Translations under genes and position numbers: made by a program | The notes under the pieces: generated by a model | Seen by the model: the letters and a program-made list of their open reading frames with translations, nothing else | Databases searched by the model: none | Told to the model about the DNA's origin: nothing | DNA from: an uncultured Acidobacteriota bacterium | GTDB lineage: Bacteria; Acidobacteriota; Thermoanaerobaculia; Gp7-AA8 | Reading direction: 5' to 3' | Assembly (NCBI GenBank): GCA_963734155.1 | Contig: CAVTGG010000004.1 | Location: 323,983 to 387,982, forward strand | Length of the DNA: 64,000 nucleotides | Part shown: piece by piece, positions 48,969 to 61,194 of the stretch | Position numbering within the stretch: the first letter of the stretch is position 1 | Layout of the letters: each line of letters opens with the position of its first letter

Positions 48969-50622
48969 GCTGCGTCTCCCTCATCGCCTTCAGGAACGCC
49001 GGGTAGTCGTACGCTTCCCACGTCACGGTCGGCGTCTCGTAGAAGTTCTCTTTCGGCGGAGGCGAGGACGTCGCCCACTCGAGGCCGACCGCGCCCCACG
49101 GATTCGTTCCCGCCTTGCGCCCGAACTTCAGCGACCAGCCGAGATAGATCATCGGCAGCAGATAGCCGGCGGCGAGGATCGTCGCGCCCGCGGTCGAGAG
49201 CACGTTCAGCACCTGGAACTCCGGCGCGTACGCGTGATAGCGGCGGGGCATGCCGACGTAGCCGACGAGGAACTGCGGGAAGAAGGTGAGATTGAATCCG
49301 ACGAACACGAGCAGCGCGGAAAGGCGCGCCCACCATTCGGGATACATGCGGCCGGTGATCTTCGGCCACCAATAGTGAATGCCGGCGAGGTAGGCCATGA
49401 TCGTGCCGCCTACCATGATGTAGTGGAAGTGCGCGACGACGAAGTAGCTGTCGTGCACATGCACGTCGATGCCGAGCGCGCCGAGGAACAGGCCGGTCAC
49501 GCCGCCGACGGTGAACAGTCCGATGAAGCCGAGGACGTAGAGCATCGGCGTCTGCCACGACACCGACGCGCGATAGAGCGTGGCCGTCCAGTTGAAGACT
49601 TTGATCGCCGACGGCACGGCCACGATCATGCTCAGGAACGAGAACACCATCGCCGAATAAACGGAGATGCCGGCGATGAAGAGATGGTGCGCCCAGACCA
49701 GGAAGCCGAGGAACGCGATCGCCAGCGACGAGAACGCGACGAACTTGTAGCCGAAGATCCGCTTGCGCGTGAACGCCGCCACGCACTCGGAGATGATGGC
49801 CATGCCCGGCAGAATCATGATGTAGACGGCCGGGTGCGAGTAGAACCAGAAGAGGTGCTGATACAGCACCGGATCGCCGCCGAGGGCGGGATCGAAGATG
49901 CCGACGTGCAGCGTGCGCTCGACCATCAGCAGCACCAGCGTGATCGCCAGCACCGGCGTCGCCAGCATGATCACCACGCTCGTCGCATACATCGACCAGA
50001 CGAACAGCGGCAGGCGGAACCAGGTCAGCCCCGGCGCGCGCATGCGATGGATCGTGACGAGGAAATTCAGCCCCGTGAGAATGGACGAGAAGCCGGTGAT
50101 GAATGCGCCCAACGTCGTCAGAAAGACGTGCGTGTTCGAGTACTGCGTGGAGAACGGCGTGTAGAACGTCCAGCCGGTGTCGACGCCGCCGGTGATGATG
50201 ACGATGACGCCGAACGTGCCGCCGATCATGTAGATGTACCAGCTCAAGAGGTTGAGCTTCGGGAACGCGAGGTCTTTCGCGCCGAGCATGATCGGCAGGA
50301 TGAAGTTCCCGATCACCGCGGGGATCGCGGGGATCAGGAAGAAGAAGATCATCACGATGCCGTGCAGCGTGAAGAGTTTGTTGTAGGTGTCGCTCGTGAA
50401 CAGATCCCCCTCGGGCGTCAGAAGCTCGAGGCGCATGAGGAACGCGATGATGCCGCCGACCATGAAGAAGAGCGTGACGGAGAACGCGTAGAGGACGGCG
50501 ATGCGTTTGTGGTCCCGGGTGAGGAGCCACGAGAGCACGCCGTACTCGTCGTTGAGATAGTTCCGCCGCGCCGTGCCGCTCGGCTCGATGAAAGGTGCGT
50601 CGTCGATCGTGGTCGTGGTCAT
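48961..50622 (-). CDS. coxA: Cytochrome c oxidase subunit I (heme-copper oxidase)
   Basis: Canonical His ligands ([25 protein letters not shown]...). Confidence 0.95.
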   Translation of the reverse strand: MTTTTIDDAPFIEPSGTARRNYLNDEYGVLSWLLTRDHKRIAVLYAFSVTLFFMVGGIIAFLMRLELLTPEGDLFTSDTYNKLFTLHGIVMIFFFLIPAIPAVIGNFILPIMLGAKDLAFPKLNLLSWYIYMIGGTFGVIVIITGGVDTGWTFYTPFSTQYSNTHVFLTTLGAFITGFSSILTGLNFLVTIHRMRAPGLTWFRLPLFVWSMYATSVVIMLATPVLAITLVLLMVERTLHVGIFDPALGGDPVLYQHLFWFYSHPAVYIMILPGMAIISECVAAFTRKRIFGYKFVAFSSLAIAFLGFLVWAHHLFIAGISVYSAMVFSFLSMIVAVPSAIKVFNWTATLYRASVSWQTPMLYVLGFIGLFTVGGVTGLFLGALGIDVHVHDSYFVVAHFHYIMVGGTIMAYLAGIHYWWPKITGRMYPEWWARLSALLVFVGFNLTFFPQFLVGYVGMPRRYHAYAPEFQVLNVLSTAGATILAAGYLLPMIYLGWSLKFGRKAGTNPWGAVGLEWATSSPPPKENFYETPTVTWEAYDYPAFLKAMRETQHG

Positions 50623-50624
50623 GG

Positions 50625-51596
50625 CTATCTCGGCTGGGCAGGCACGAGTGCCTGTCCTCCACTCGTGGGAGCGGGAATCGATTTCACGTAAGAGATCAGG
50701 CGGATGAGATCCTCCTCGCTGACCTGCCCCTGGAACGTCGGCATGATCGGCTGAAACCCTGCGGCGATCTTCGCGGTCGGATTCATGATCGACTCGCGAA
50801 GGTAGTTGTCGTCGGCGACGATGCTCTGCCCGTTCGCGAGCGGCACCGCTTTGCCGGCGATGCCGGCGAGCACGGGACCACGTCCCGTCGCGTCATTGGT
50901 GTGGCAGGTGTGACACGCGTATTTCTGGAAGAGCACTTCGCCCTGCGACGCCAGCGAGCCTTCGCTGCCGCCGGCGAGCCACTTCTGATATTCGGTCGGC
51001 TCCATCACGTCGACCCAGCCGCCCATGCCGCTGTGCTGCGTGCCGCAATACTCGGCGCAGAAGATGTGATAGCGGCCGACCTTCGTGGCCGTGAACCACA
51101 TCGTGCGATAGCGGTTCGGCAGCACGTCGTTCTTCACGCGGAACGCGGGGAACCAGAGGCTGTGAATGACGTCTTCGGACGCCATGGTGATCTTCACGGG
51201 ACGGTTGACCGGAACGTGCAGCGTGTTGATCTCGCGCTGCCCGGTCGGATGCTGGAACTTCCACATCCACTGCCGGCCGGTGGCGTAGACCTCGAGCGCA
51301 TTCGTCGGCACGCGCTGGATCTTGAAGTAGACCCACGCGCCGGCGACGAAGATGCCGATGAAGATGATCAGCGGGACGACGGTCCAGGTCATCTCCAGGA
51401 TGGCCGGCGGCTCCTGTTCCTGCGCGAGCTCGTTGTCCGGGCGGCGGCGATATTTGATCGCGAAGTAGAAGATGACGAACCAGATCAGCAGCGACACCGC
51501 GCCGCAGATGACGACCAGCCCGAGGTAGAGACCGTCGACGTACTTGGCGACGCTCGACGCCGACTCGGGGAACAGCGGGAAATCGGAGAGCATCAT
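50625..51596 (-). CDS. coxB: Cytochrome c oxidase subunit II with fused C-terminal cytochrome c domain (caa3-type)
   Basis: CuA motif [15 protein letters not shown] plus CHTCH heme-c motif. Confidence 0.9.
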   Translation of the reverse strand: MMLSDFPLFPESASSVAKYVDGLYLGLVVICGAVSLLIWFVIFYFAIKYRRRPDNELAQEQEPPAILEMTWTVVPLIIFIGIFVAGAWVYFKIQRVPTNALEVYATGRQWMWKFQHPTGQREINTLHVPVNRPVKITMASEDVIHSLWFPAFRVKNDVLPNRYRTMWFTATKVGRYHIFCAEYCGTQHSGMGGWVDVMEPTEYQKWLAGGSEGSLASQGEVLFQKYACHTCHTNDATGRGPVLAGIAGKAVPLANGQSIVADDNYLRESIMNPTAKIAAGFQPIMPTFQGQVSEEDLIRLISYVKSIPAPTSGGQALVPAQPR

Positions 51597-52357
51597 TTCG
51601 TTTCAGTGCGCTCCTTGCGAAACATGACGAAGATGAATCCGCCCAACGCGAGCATGGTGGCCACGCCGCCGGCGCGCGTGAAGAGCATGGCGTCGCGGCT
51701 GTACTTTCCGATCTTCGGGTCGTAGTGATAACAGAGGAGCAGGAGTTGGTCGGCGAGGCTGCCGATCCTGCCCTGCGAGGCTTCGAAGATGGCCAGGCGC
51801 AAGTCGCGCGGCTTGTATTCGAAGCCGAAGAAGTAACGCGACGTGCGGCCTTCGGGCGTGAGCACGAAGAGCGCGGCGCCGTGCGCGAACTGGTCCATCT
51901 TCGGGTCGTAGATGTATTGGAATCCGACCGCGTCCGTGAGCTGCTTGATCGCGGTCTCGTGCGCGGTCAGGAAGTGCCAGCCGCTCGCGGACTCGAGGCG
52001 GCCGTAGCGCTTGATGTACTTTTCTTTCATCCGCGCCGCGTCTTCCGGTTTGTCGCGCGGATCGATGCTGACGGTGAGGACGTCGAATTCTTTGCCGATG
52101 TCGTATTTCAGCTGCGTCATGGCCTCGGTGGTTCCATCGAGGACGATCGGGCAGAGCATCGGGCAGCGGTAGTAGACGAACTGGAGAACGATCGGCTTCT
52201 TGCCGAAGTACTCACGCAGGCGGACGACTTTTCCGGTCTCGTCGCGGAACATCAGCTCCAGCGGGATCTGCGTGTTGAGTTTCTGGGCGATGGTGATGTT
52301 GGGCGGCTGGGGAGTGGCCGTCGCTACCAGCGCGGTGAGTGCGAGAGCGGCGATCAT
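51593..52357 (-). CDS. sco1: SCO1/SenC copper chaperone
   Basis: Thioredoxin-like fold with CPMLCP motif. Confidence 0.85.
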   Translation of the reverse strand: MIAALALTALVATATPQPPNITIAQKLNTQIPLELMFRDETGKVVRLREYFGKKPIVLQFVYYRCPMLCPIVLDGTTEAMTQLKYDIGKEFDVLTVSIDPRDKPEDAARMKEKYIKRYGRLESASGWHFLTAHETAIKQLTDAVGFQYIYDPKMDQFAHGAALFVLTPEGRTSRYFFGFEYKPRDLRLAIFEASQGRIGSLADQLLLLCYHYDPKIGKYSRDAMLFTRAGGVATMLALGGFIFVMFRKERTETK

Positions 52358-52860
52358 TGGGTGCCTCCGGCAGGCGGCGGGGACGCCGCCTGATCAGCCG
52401 GCGGGGACGCCGGCGTTCCGACCGCAGGTGCGGGGACGCCGCGCTGTACGACGAGCTGCTTTGCAACCTCGATCGGGATGTGCACGGCGCCTTTTTGCTG
52501 ATCGACCCAGCCGTAGCCGTGGAGTCTCTGATCCTCGGCGTGGCGCATTTCCACGAGATCGGTGACCGGGGTGTCTTTGGTCGGATCCTGCTGCAGCGGG
52601 AAGGGCTGCAGGAGCGGCTGGTTGCGCGGCACGTAGGCGTCCTTCGGCAGCGCGACCTGCGTCCAAGGCGCATCCATCTTTTTCTTCTCGCTGTTCACGA
52701 AGCCGCGGAACATCGCCGCGAGCGCGAGGTGGGTGACGACCGCAAACACGATGAAGATCCCCACCGCCCAGAAGAGCGGCTTGATCGGCACATCCGATTC
52801 CTCGTGATGTGTCTCAGGATTGAACAGGTCGTCGTCCTGATACCGGATGTGCTCAGGCAT
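52354..52860 (-). CDS. Hypothetical membrane protein encoded between actF and sco1 (possible ACIII/oxidase accessory subunit)
   Basis: 168 aa, one TM helix (LFWAVGIFIVFAVVTHLALAAMF), Pro-rich C-terminus. Overlaps neighbours, so it is operonic. Confidence 0.4.
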   Translation of the reverse strand: MPEHIRYQDDDLFNPETHHEESDVPIKPLFWAVGIFIVFAVVTHLALAAMFRGFVNSEKKKMDAPWTQVALPKDAYVPRNQPLLQPFPLQQDPTKDTPVTDLVEMRHAEDQRLHGYGWVDQQKGAVHIPIEVAKQLVVQRGVPAPAVGTPASPPADQAASPPPAGGTQ

Positions 52861-54052
52861 TTCGAGTGAGCGCTCCCTCGCGAATGGCCTCTTCGACCCA
52901 GGTCTCGTGAATCGGAATGATGGTCTGTCCCTTCAGCTGCCAGATGAATGCCGCCAGCCACAATCCGCCGATGCCGACGAACGCGGCGATGGTGATCCAG
53001 AACGTCGCCGGAATGCCGGGATGATGCGCCGGCACGACCAGCCAGGTGAGGTCGATGAAGCGCATCAGCAGGATGATCACGGTGACGACGCCGATCGTCT
53101 TCGGATGGTCTTTGATGCCGCGCATCAAGAGCATGAAGAACGGCAGGAAGAAGTGGAAGAGGATCAGCGCCGCCGCCATCCATCCCCAGATGCCGTGCAT
53201 GCGCTTGAGGTAGTAGGGCGTCTCTTCCTTGATGTTGCCGTACCAGATGAGCAGGAACTGCGAGAAGTTCGTGTAGGCCCAGAGCATCGTGAACGCGAGC
53301 ATCAGATTGCCGAGGTCGCGGAAGTGGCTGGGCTTGAGGATGTCGCGCATCGCCGCGTTGCCCGAGAGGAGCACGAGGAAGAACGTCACGAACGCGAACG
53401 CGGAGAGGCCCGCGCCGACGGTGAAGGCGATGCCGAACATCGACGAGTACCACTTCGGCTCGAGCGACATGACCCAGTCGACCGAGCAGAACGTCAGCGT
53501 CAGCACGATCACCAGGAGCCCGCTCGCGCTCCACTTCCGACGCGAAAGCTCGGTGTACGGCGAGCGATCCTCGGCGAATTTGAGCGAGAGCACGCGGATC
53601 CGCCAGGTCCACAGCGTCCAGAGCGCGAAGTAGACGAGGCCGCGGATGATCCACGACGTCGCGTTCAGATACATCTGCTTTTTCTGCAGCAGATGGTCGT
53701 GCGCAACGATGTCGTGATTCGCCCAGACGTACACGTGCTCGAGCCCGAGGACGAGCGGAATGGCGAAGAGGATGAAGAGCGGAATCGTGCGCGACGCTGC
53801 GCCGAGCGGGCGGCGGATCAACAGGCCCCACTCACCGCCGGTGATGTACTGCAGGCACATGATGCCGACGGAGCCGACGGCGATCAGGAACCAGAACAGG
53901 AACGCCGGCAGCCAGGCGCGAAAGAACTCCGGCCCGTTGGTGAAGAAGCCGATCGCGGCGACGGCGATGCCGATGATGCCGGCAATGAGCGCCGGAACCT
54001 GCGCGCGGGCGATGCCGGTGACCGGGGCCGGCCGGACCTCAGGCGCGGTCAA
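52853..54052 (-). CDS. actF: Alternative complex III subunit F (NrfD/PsrC-like membrane subunit)
   Basis: 10-TM NrfD-like profile. Non-ATG start overlapping the actE stop. Confidence 0.75.
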   Translation of the reverse strand: MTAPEVRPAPVTGIARAQVPALIAGIIGIAVAAIGFFTNGPEFFRAWLPAFLFWFLIAVGSVGIMCLQYITGGEWGLLIRRPLGAASRTIPLFILFAIPLVLGLEHVYVWANHDIVAHDHLLQKKQMYLNATSWIIRGLVYFALWTLWTWRIRVLSLKFAEDRSPYTELSRRKWSASGLLVIVLTLTFCSVDWVMSLEPKWYSSMFGIAFTVGAGLSAFAFVTFFLVLLSGNAAMRDILKPSHFRDLGNLMLAFTMLWAYTNFSQFLLIWYGNIKEETPYYLKRMHGIWGWMAAALILFHFFLPFFMLLMRGIKDHPKTIGVVTVIILLMRFIDLTWLVVPAHHPGIPATFWITIAAFVGIGGLWLAAFIWQLKGQTIIPIHETWVEEAIREGALTRNA

Positions 54053-54636
54053 TGCGTGCCTCCGGTATGTGTCATCCCGAGCCCCGCAGAGGGCGAGGGA
54101 TCTCCTGGCTTCGCAGAGGGGGATCCTTCGCCGTCTCCGCGGCTCAGGATGACACGTTGGCCCGCAGGCACATCATTCACCGTCGCGTTCTGACTAAGCT
54201 GCAACGCGCGGATGTAGGCGATGATCGCCCAGCGATCCTGCGGCGGGATGATCGTGCCGTACTGCGGCATCGAGCCGAATCCGTTCGTGATCACGTCGAA
54301 GTAATGTCCTGTCGGTTGATTGCGCAGCGTGTCGGTGTGGAACGACGGCGGATGGCGATAGCCGCGCGCCGGAATCATGCCGCGGCCGTCGCCGATGCGG
54401 CTGTGGCACGGCGTGCAGTAGACGTTGTAGCGATCGTTACCACGCTCCATCACCGCCGCGGTCACCGTCATCGGAAATCCGTTTCCGACCACGCCGCCCA
54501 TTTTTCCGGTGGCGAGGAACTCGTTCGTGACGAGCTCTCCGCGTGCGACCGTGCCGGCGATGCGTGGCCGCGCGGACATGCCGTCGGCGAAGAAGGTGCT
54601 GGGCTCGAGCGGATCGTAGCGCGGCTGGTTGGCCAT
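54049..54636 (-). CDS. actE: Alternative complex III subunit E (monoheme cytochrome c); the C-terminal tail is encoded by a family-3 repeat
   Basis: CTPCH heme motif. Start MANQPRYDPLEP (Met50 of the listed ORF; the upstream part is the family-2 repeat). Tail [33 protein letters not shown] comes from the repeat. Confidence 0.75.
   Translation of the reverse strand: MANQPRYDPLEPSTFFADGMSARPRIAGTVARGELVTNEFLATGKMGGVVGNGFPMTVTAAVMERGNDRYNVYCTPCHSRIGDGRGMIPARGYRHPPSFHTDTLRNQPTGHYFDVITNGFGSMPQYGTIIPPQDRWAIIAYIRALQLSQNATVNDVPAGQRVILSRGDGEGSPSAKPGDPSPSAGLGMTHTGGTH
54069..54154. repeat. Repeat family 3 copy inside the actE 3' end
   Basis: gtgtcatcccgagccccgcagagggcgagggatctcc...ggggatccttcgccgtctccgcggctcaggatgacac. 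Confidence 0.85.
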
Positions 54637-54665
54637 CTTCTGGCGACACGCCGACGCAGCAAAAA

Positions 54666-54766
54666 GAAGAAGAACGCAGAACGCAGAGCGCAGAACGAAG
54701 AACGAAGAATCGGGACGCAGAACGTTTCTACGTTCTACGTTCTGCGCTCTGCGTTCTGCGTTCTTC
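54666..54766. repeat. Repeat family 2 (GAACGCA)n palindromic hairpin, intercistronic between actD and actE
   Basis: gaagaagaacgcagaacgcagagcgcagaacgaagaacg...cgttctacgttctgcgctctgcgttctgcgttcttc. Confidence 0.85.
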
Positions 54767-54769
54767 CGG

Positions 54770-55318
54770 TTACCACGGGACATCAGTCACCTCCCGTGGT
54801 CCGAGACCCTGCAGAAATGCGCGCGCGTCGTCGAGCTTGAACTTCGGGTCGCGCGCCTGAATCACGAGGAAGAATTTGTCGCGCGAGGCGCTGTCGAACC
54901 TTCGCACGTTGAAGACGGGGTGATACGGCATCGGCAGGCCGTTGAGAGCGAGCATGCCGAAGACGGCGCCGAAGGCGGCGAGGAGGATCGCGCATTCGAA
55001 CGTGATCGGGATCCACGCCGGCCAGGAGTTGAACGGCTTGCCGCCGATGTTCAGCGGATAGGCGATCACGTTCGCGTACCAGCACATCACGAAGCCGCCG
55101 ATGCCGCCGAGAATGCCCATGCCGAGGACGATCGAGGACAAGCGTGACTTGTGAAAGCCGATCGCTTCCGCGAGTCCGTGAATCGGGAACGGCGAGAAGG
55201 CATCGACCGACGTGTAGCCGGCCTCGCGCGTCGCGTGCGCGGCGTCGAGCAGCGACTGCGGATCGTTGAACTCCGCGATCACGCCGTACAGACCTTCTCT
55301 GATCTTTCCGATCGCCAT
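54770..55318 (-). CDS. actD: Alternative complex III subunit D (DUF3341)
   Basis: MAIGKIREGLYGVIAEF... Two TM helices and a conserved ActD sequence. Confidence 0.75.
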   Translation of the reverse strand: MAIGKIREGLYGVIAEFNDPQSLLDAAHATREAGYTSVDAFSPFPIHGLAEAIGFHKSRLSSIVLGMGILGGIGGFVMCWYANVIAYPLNIGGKPFNSWPAWIPITFECAILLAAFGAVFGMLALNGLPMPYHPVFNVRRFDSASRDKFFLVIQARDPKFKLDDARAFLQGLGPREVTDVPW

Positions 55319-55322
55319 CGCG

Positions 55323-56757
<1,435 letters not shown>

Positions 56758-56778
56758 GCGTTATTCCGGTGAACTTTG

Positions 56779-56869
56779 AACGCAGAACGCAGAACGCAGA
56801 ATGAAGAATCGAGAAATGAGTCTCGTCTTCGTTCTACGTTCTACGTTCTGCGTTCTGCGTTCTGCGTTC
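56779..56869. repeat. Repeat family 2 (GAACGCA)n palindromic hairpin, intercistronic between actB and actC
   Basis: gaacgcagaacgcagaacgcagaatgaagaatcgagaaatgagtctcgtcttcgttctacgttctacgttctgcgttctgcgttctgcgttc. Confidence 0.85.
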
Positions 56870-56873
56870 ATCC

Positions 56874-59800
56874 TCATCCCTCGTGCCCCGTATCCACCGG
56901 ATGCCCACCCACCAGCGACGGGTGCGGGTTGCGAATCGTCGCCAGGTACGTCGTGCGCGGCCGCGTCTGCAGTTCTTCGAGCAGCGAGAAGCTGGTCGGC
57001 TCCGCCTTCAGCTGGGCCACGTGGCTGCTCTTGTCGTTCATGTCCCCGAACACGATGGCCTCGGTCGGACAGGCCTGCTGGCACGCAGTCGTCACTTCTC
57101 CGTCGCGCACGCGGCGGTTTTCTTTTTCGGCCACGATCTTCGCGGCGTTGATGCGCTGCACGCAGTACGTGCACTTCTCCATCACGCCCCGCGTGCGGAT
57201 CGTGACGTCGGGGTTGCGCATCGGCTTGAGGGCGTCGGTATCGTAGTCGGCGTAGTGGAAGAAGTTGAAGCGCCGCACTTTGTACGGGCAGTTGTTCGAG
57301 CAGTACCGCGTGCCGATGCAGCGGTTGTAGGTCATGTCGTTGAGGCCTTCGTCGCTGTGCGAGGTGGCCTCGACCGGACAGACCGGCTCGCACGGCGCGT
57401 TCTCGCACTGCATGCACGGCACCGGCTCGTGGAAGACTTCGGGATTGTTGACGTCGCCGCGGTAGTAGCGATCGATGCGCAGCCAGTGCATCTCGCGCTC
57501 GCGCACGACCTGCTCTTTGCCGACGATGGCGATGTTGTTCTCGGCCTGACACGCGAGCACGCAGCCGTTGCAGCCGATGCACACGCTGTTGTCGATGACC
57601 ATCGCCCACGCGTGACCTTTGCTGTAGTCGTAGTGGGGATACATCGACTCGTCGTGACTCATGCCGGCGACGTCGCTGCCGTGCTCCGCTGCCTGCGCGA
57701 ACTTCGGATTCTTCAGATACTCGGTGAACGTTGCAGCGCGAATGAGTCCGCGCTCGCCGACGTCTTTCGGATCGATCGACTGATGTTCCTGCGTGCAGGC
57801 GATCGGATAAATCGGCTGCGCCTCGTTGATCGTGATCGATGCGCCCGCACCGCCGTGCAGCGCGTTCGAGAAGCGAAGTGGATAGGTGTTGAAGCCGACG
57901 CCGCTGCCGACTTTGCCGGCGTTCGTGCGGCCGTAGCCGAAGTAGATCGTGGCGACGTCGTCGGCGTGTCCGGGAACGACCCAGATCGGGAGGTTCATCT
58001 TCACGCCGCGATACGTGACTTCCGCGTATTTCGTCCGCTTCTCGTTGACGAGCGGGTCGCGCTCGTCGGGTCCGTAGCCGATCTTCGCGGCGGTGGCGGG
58101 ACCGACCACGAGGACGTTGTCCCAGGTGATTTTCGTCTGCGGCTTCGGGAGCTCCTGGAGCCAGCCGTTGTTGGCGAATCTTCCGTCGTAGATGGTGGGA
58201 TCGGGACGTAACTCGAGCTCGATACCGGAGGTATTAGGGGATAGGGGTTGGGTGTTAGGGGCAGCAGAGGCAGCAGCGGCGCGAGTGGGAAGAGCGGAGT
58301 TCTCAACAACGCCGTCGTGCAGCCATTTGCGCCACGTTTGTTCCGTCGCGCCTTTGCTGAACCAGTAGGTGCGGACGGTTTGATACGGGGTTTGATCGAG
58401 GCCGCCGATCAGGGCGCCTAACACTTCGAGCGCGTTGCGGCCGTTGTAGAGCGGGGAGATGAGGGGCTGGACGATGGAGATCGTGCCGTCGTGGGCGCGG
58501 GCGTCGCTCCAGGTTTCGAGCCAGTGGGTGTCGGGGACGTGCCAGTGGCAGCGGAGCGAGGTTTCGTCGTAGTAGAGCGAGTGGTGCGCGCGGAACGGGA
58601 CTTTGTCGAGCGCGTCGCGGAATCGCAGGTCGGCCGGCGCGTCGAAGACGGGATTGCCGCCAAGGATGAGCAGCGCCTTCACCGCGCCGGCGTTCATGTC
58701 GCGGACGAGCTCCATTAAGGATGCGAGCTGATTCACCGGCGCGACTTCGGCGGAATCGGTGACGAGCACCGTCGAGCCGATGTTGCCGTACGCGCTGTTG
58801 ATCGCGTGCGCGATCGCGTGCACGACCGCCGGCTGTTCCTCGCCGGCGACGACTAGCCCCAAGCCGCGGTTCGCGTTCAAGTCTTCGAGCAGCGCTTTCA
58901 GCACCGGCGTCGCGGCCTGTCCGTTCAGAATCTGCCGCGCGATGCCTTCGATCTGCGACGGCTTCACCGCGACGCGGTGATCGGCAATCGAGCCGGTGTT
59001 CGTCATGCCGGCTTCGATGGCGTAGAGGCGATTCATCGATGCGGTTTTGCCGTGACGCACGCGGCGGCGCGAGGCGAAGTCGCGCGCGTACCGCAAATGT
59101 CCCGGTCCCTCGGAGAAGATGTCCGACCCGAGGGAGACGACGACGTTCGCTTTCGTGAAGTCGTAGTGCACGTCGGCGTAGCCGCCGAACGCGAGCCGCG
59201 CGCCTTCGCGCACGTTGTCGCGACTCACCGCTTCCCACTGATGCCACTTCATCCCCGGGTACTGCGCAAGCAGCGCCTGGATCTGCGCGCCGAGCGTCGG
59301 CGAGGTGATGGTCTGGGTGAGGAGGCGCAGTCCCGCGCCGTTGGTTTTCGCGGCGGTGAGAATCGGCTGCACTGCGCCGATGAAATCGCCCCACGTCGCG
59401 GTGTCACCGTAGCGGCGCACGACCTGCGAGCGATCGGGATCGTAGAGGCCGAGGAGCGACGCCTGCATGAACGCGTCGCTCGCGCCGATGCTCGACGGAT
59501 GATCGGGATTCCCCTCGACTTTCGTCGGGCGGTTCATATGGCTCTCGACGAGCACGCCGGTCGCGTATCCGCCGAGCGGCATCGCGCTGGCGAAGTAGAT
59601 CGGCTTCCCGGGAATCAGGTTTTCCGGTTGGTTGACGTACGGAACGATCGTGTCAGCGGGCTGGCGGCAGGCCGCGAGTCCGGCCATCGCCACCGAAGCG
59701 CCCATCAGCTTCATGAAATCGCGGCGGTGCACGCCTTTCTCGAGCGGGAGCGCCTGTTGCGGGAACTCCTGCTTGAAAAAGTCGTCGAAGACGTCGCTCC

Positions 59801-59900
59801 GCGACAGCTCTTCGAGGCTGCGCCAGAACTCGCGCCCCCGCAGATCGCCCACGCGCGCGCGGAATTCGGAGAAGCTCAGCGTTTTCGTCGACTCGTTCAT
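56874..59900 (-). CDS. actB: Alternative complex III subunit B (fused molybdopterin-oxidoreductase-like B1 + 4Fe-4S ferredoxin-like B2), Tat-exported
   Basis: Tat motif RRDFMKLMGASVAMAGLAA. Complex-iron-sulfur-molybdoenzyme fold and multiple CxxCxxCxxxCP clusters. Start overlaps the actA stop. Confidence 0.85.
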   Translation of the reverse strand: MNESTKTLSFSEFRARVGDLRGREFWRSLEELSRSDVFDDFFKQEFPQQALPLEKGVHRRDFMKLMGASVAMAGLAACRQPADTIVPYVNQPENLIPGKPIYFASAMPLGGYATGVLVESHMNRPTKVEGNPDHPSSIGASDAFMQASLLGLYDPDRSQVVRRYGDTATWGDFIGAVQPILTAAKTNGAGLRLLTQTITSPTLGAQIQALLAQYPGMKWHQWEAVSRDNVREGARLAFGGYADVHYDFTKANVVVSLGSDIFSEGPGHLRYARDFASRRRVRHGKTASMNRLYAIEAGMTNTGSIADHRVAVKPSQIEGIARQILNGQAATPVLKALLEDLNANRGLGLVVAGEEQPAVVHAIAHAINSAYGNIGSTVLVTDSAEVAPVNQLASLMELVRDMNAGAVKALLILGGNPVFDAPADLRFRDALDKVPFRAHHSLYYDETSLRCHWHVPDTHWLETWSDARAHDGTISIVQPLISPLYNGRNALEVLGALIGGLDQTPYQTVRTYWFSKGATEQTWRKWLHDGVVENSALPTRAAAASAAPNTQPLSPNTSGIELELRPDPTIYDGRFANNGWLQELPKPQTKITWDNVLVVGPATAAKIGYGPDERDPLVNEKRTKYAEVTYRGVKMNLPIWVVPGHADDVATIYFGYGRTNAGKVGSGVGFNTYPLRFSNALHGGAGASITINEAQPIYPIACTQEHQSIDPKDVGERGLIRAATFTEYLKNPKFAQAAEHGSDVAGMSHDESMYPHYDYSKGHAWAMVIDNSVCIGCNGCVLACQAENNIAIVGKEQVVREREMHWLRIDRYYRGDVNNPEVFHEPVPCMQCENAPCEPVCPVEATSHSDEGLNDMTYNRCIGTRYCSNNCPYKVRRFNFFHYADYDTDALKPMRNPDVTIRTRGVMEKCTYCVQRINAAKIVAEKENRRVRDGEVTTACQQACPTEAIVFGDMNDKSSHVAQLKAEPTSFSLLEELQTRPRTTYLATIRNPHPSLVGGHPVDTGHEG
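58228..58262. other. G-rich tract (G4 motif on the plus strand; C-rich coding strand) inside actB encoding ...APNTQPLSPNTSG...
   Basis: ggaggtattaggggataggggttgggtgttagggg. Confidence 0.7.
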
Positions 59901-59902
59901 CA

Positions 59903-60547
59903 GTAGTGACACGTCGAACAACTGGTCAGGCTCTTCACGCCGTACTGCTTGACCAGCTGCGGTCCGAGAACCTCCTGATTTTTCGCGACATAGGCCATGT
60001 TGAAGACTTCGTTGCGCGGGCGGATCTGCTTCTCCGGCGCGCGGTGGCACTCGAGACACCAGCTCATCGTCATCGGCGTGGCCTGGTACATCAGATTCAT
60101 GCGGTCGACGCGGCCATGACAGCTCGCGCAGCCGATTCCCTTGTTGATGTGGATGTCGTGTTTGAAGTGGACGAAGTCCGGCAGGCGGTGCACGCGGCTC
60201 CAGATCAGCGGCTTGCCGCTCTTGAACGACGCGCGCACGGGCTCGAGCATCTGCGCATTCGTCCAGATTTGCGAGTGGCAGTTCATGCACGTCGACGTCG
60301 GCGGGATGCCGGCGAAGCTCGAAGTCTCGACGGAGGTGTGGCAGTAGCGGCAGTCGATGCCGAGGCCCGCGACGTGATGCTGATGGCTGAACGGAACGAC
60401 CTGCTCGCGCTCGATGCCCTGGTTCGTGAAGTACGGAGAGCGGACGATGCCGCCGATGACCCAGAGAACGAAACCAGCGATGAACACGGCGCCAAAGATG
60501 GTGACGCGCGAGAGTGTATTTGCAGAACGCTGAAAGATTTGCGCCAT
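59903..60547 (-). CDS. actA: Alternative complex III subunit A (pentaheme cytochrome c, NrfH/NapC-like membrane anchored)
   Basis: N-terminal TM helix and five CxxCH motifs (CRYCH, CMNCH, CASCH, CLECH, CSTCH). Confidence 0.85.
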
Positions 60548-60631
60548 GCGGGTAATCGTCCGTCGGTTCGCCGGGCAGCGCGGACGATGCGCATCATATT
60601 CAAATTGTGGAGTGACGCAAGGCGCGCCGGT

Positions 60632-61168
60632 TCAGACACGCGAGACGCCGCCGCTCACAACCAGCGAGAGGATGCTCGCGCTGTCGGACTCCAGCGGCAG
60701 CACCCGCTCGCGCGGCACGACCAGGAAACAGCCGTCCCACGTGTACGAGAACGGGACGTACACTCCGACCTCACCCGGTGTCGCGAGCGTGCCGAGATCG
60801 TCGCGGGTAATGAAGCCGAAGACCCGGACGTTGTCCGCGAGCTGCACCGCAACCGGCTTGTCGAAGCGGCGCTTGTTGCCGACGAATGCTTCGAGCAGAT
60901 CCTTGATCGCGGCGTAAACGATCCGCACGAGCGGCGCTTTCGTGAACACCGTTTCGGTGAGCGCGAAGATGCGCCGCCCGACGAAGTTCGAAGCCAGCGC
61001 GCCGATCAGGACCGTCGCCACGAGCAGGATCGCGATGCCGAGGCCGGGCGTCGGCAGCTTGAGCAAGCGGTCGAGCGTGACGAAGGTCTGGTAGAGCAAG
61101 TAGACCGTCACCGCGATCGGGACGACGATCACCAGGCCGCGAAGGAAGTTTTTGATGAGCCAGTTCAT
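60632..61168 (-). CDS. DUF502-family membrane protein
   Basis: 178 aa, two N-terminal TM helices, conserved DUF502 region (PFSYTWDGCFLVVPR). Confidence 0.6.
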   Translation of the reverse strand: MNWLIKNFLRGLVIVVPIAVTVYLLYQTFVTLDRLLKLPTPGLGIAILLVATVLIGALASNFVGRRIFALTETVFTKAPLVRIVYAAIKDLLEAFVGNKRRFDKPVAVQLADNVRVFGFITRDDLGTLATPGEVGVYVPFSYTWDGCFLVVPRERVLPLESDSASILSLVVSGGVSRV

Positions 61169-61194
61169 AGATCGATAAGATATGTCCGGTCTCC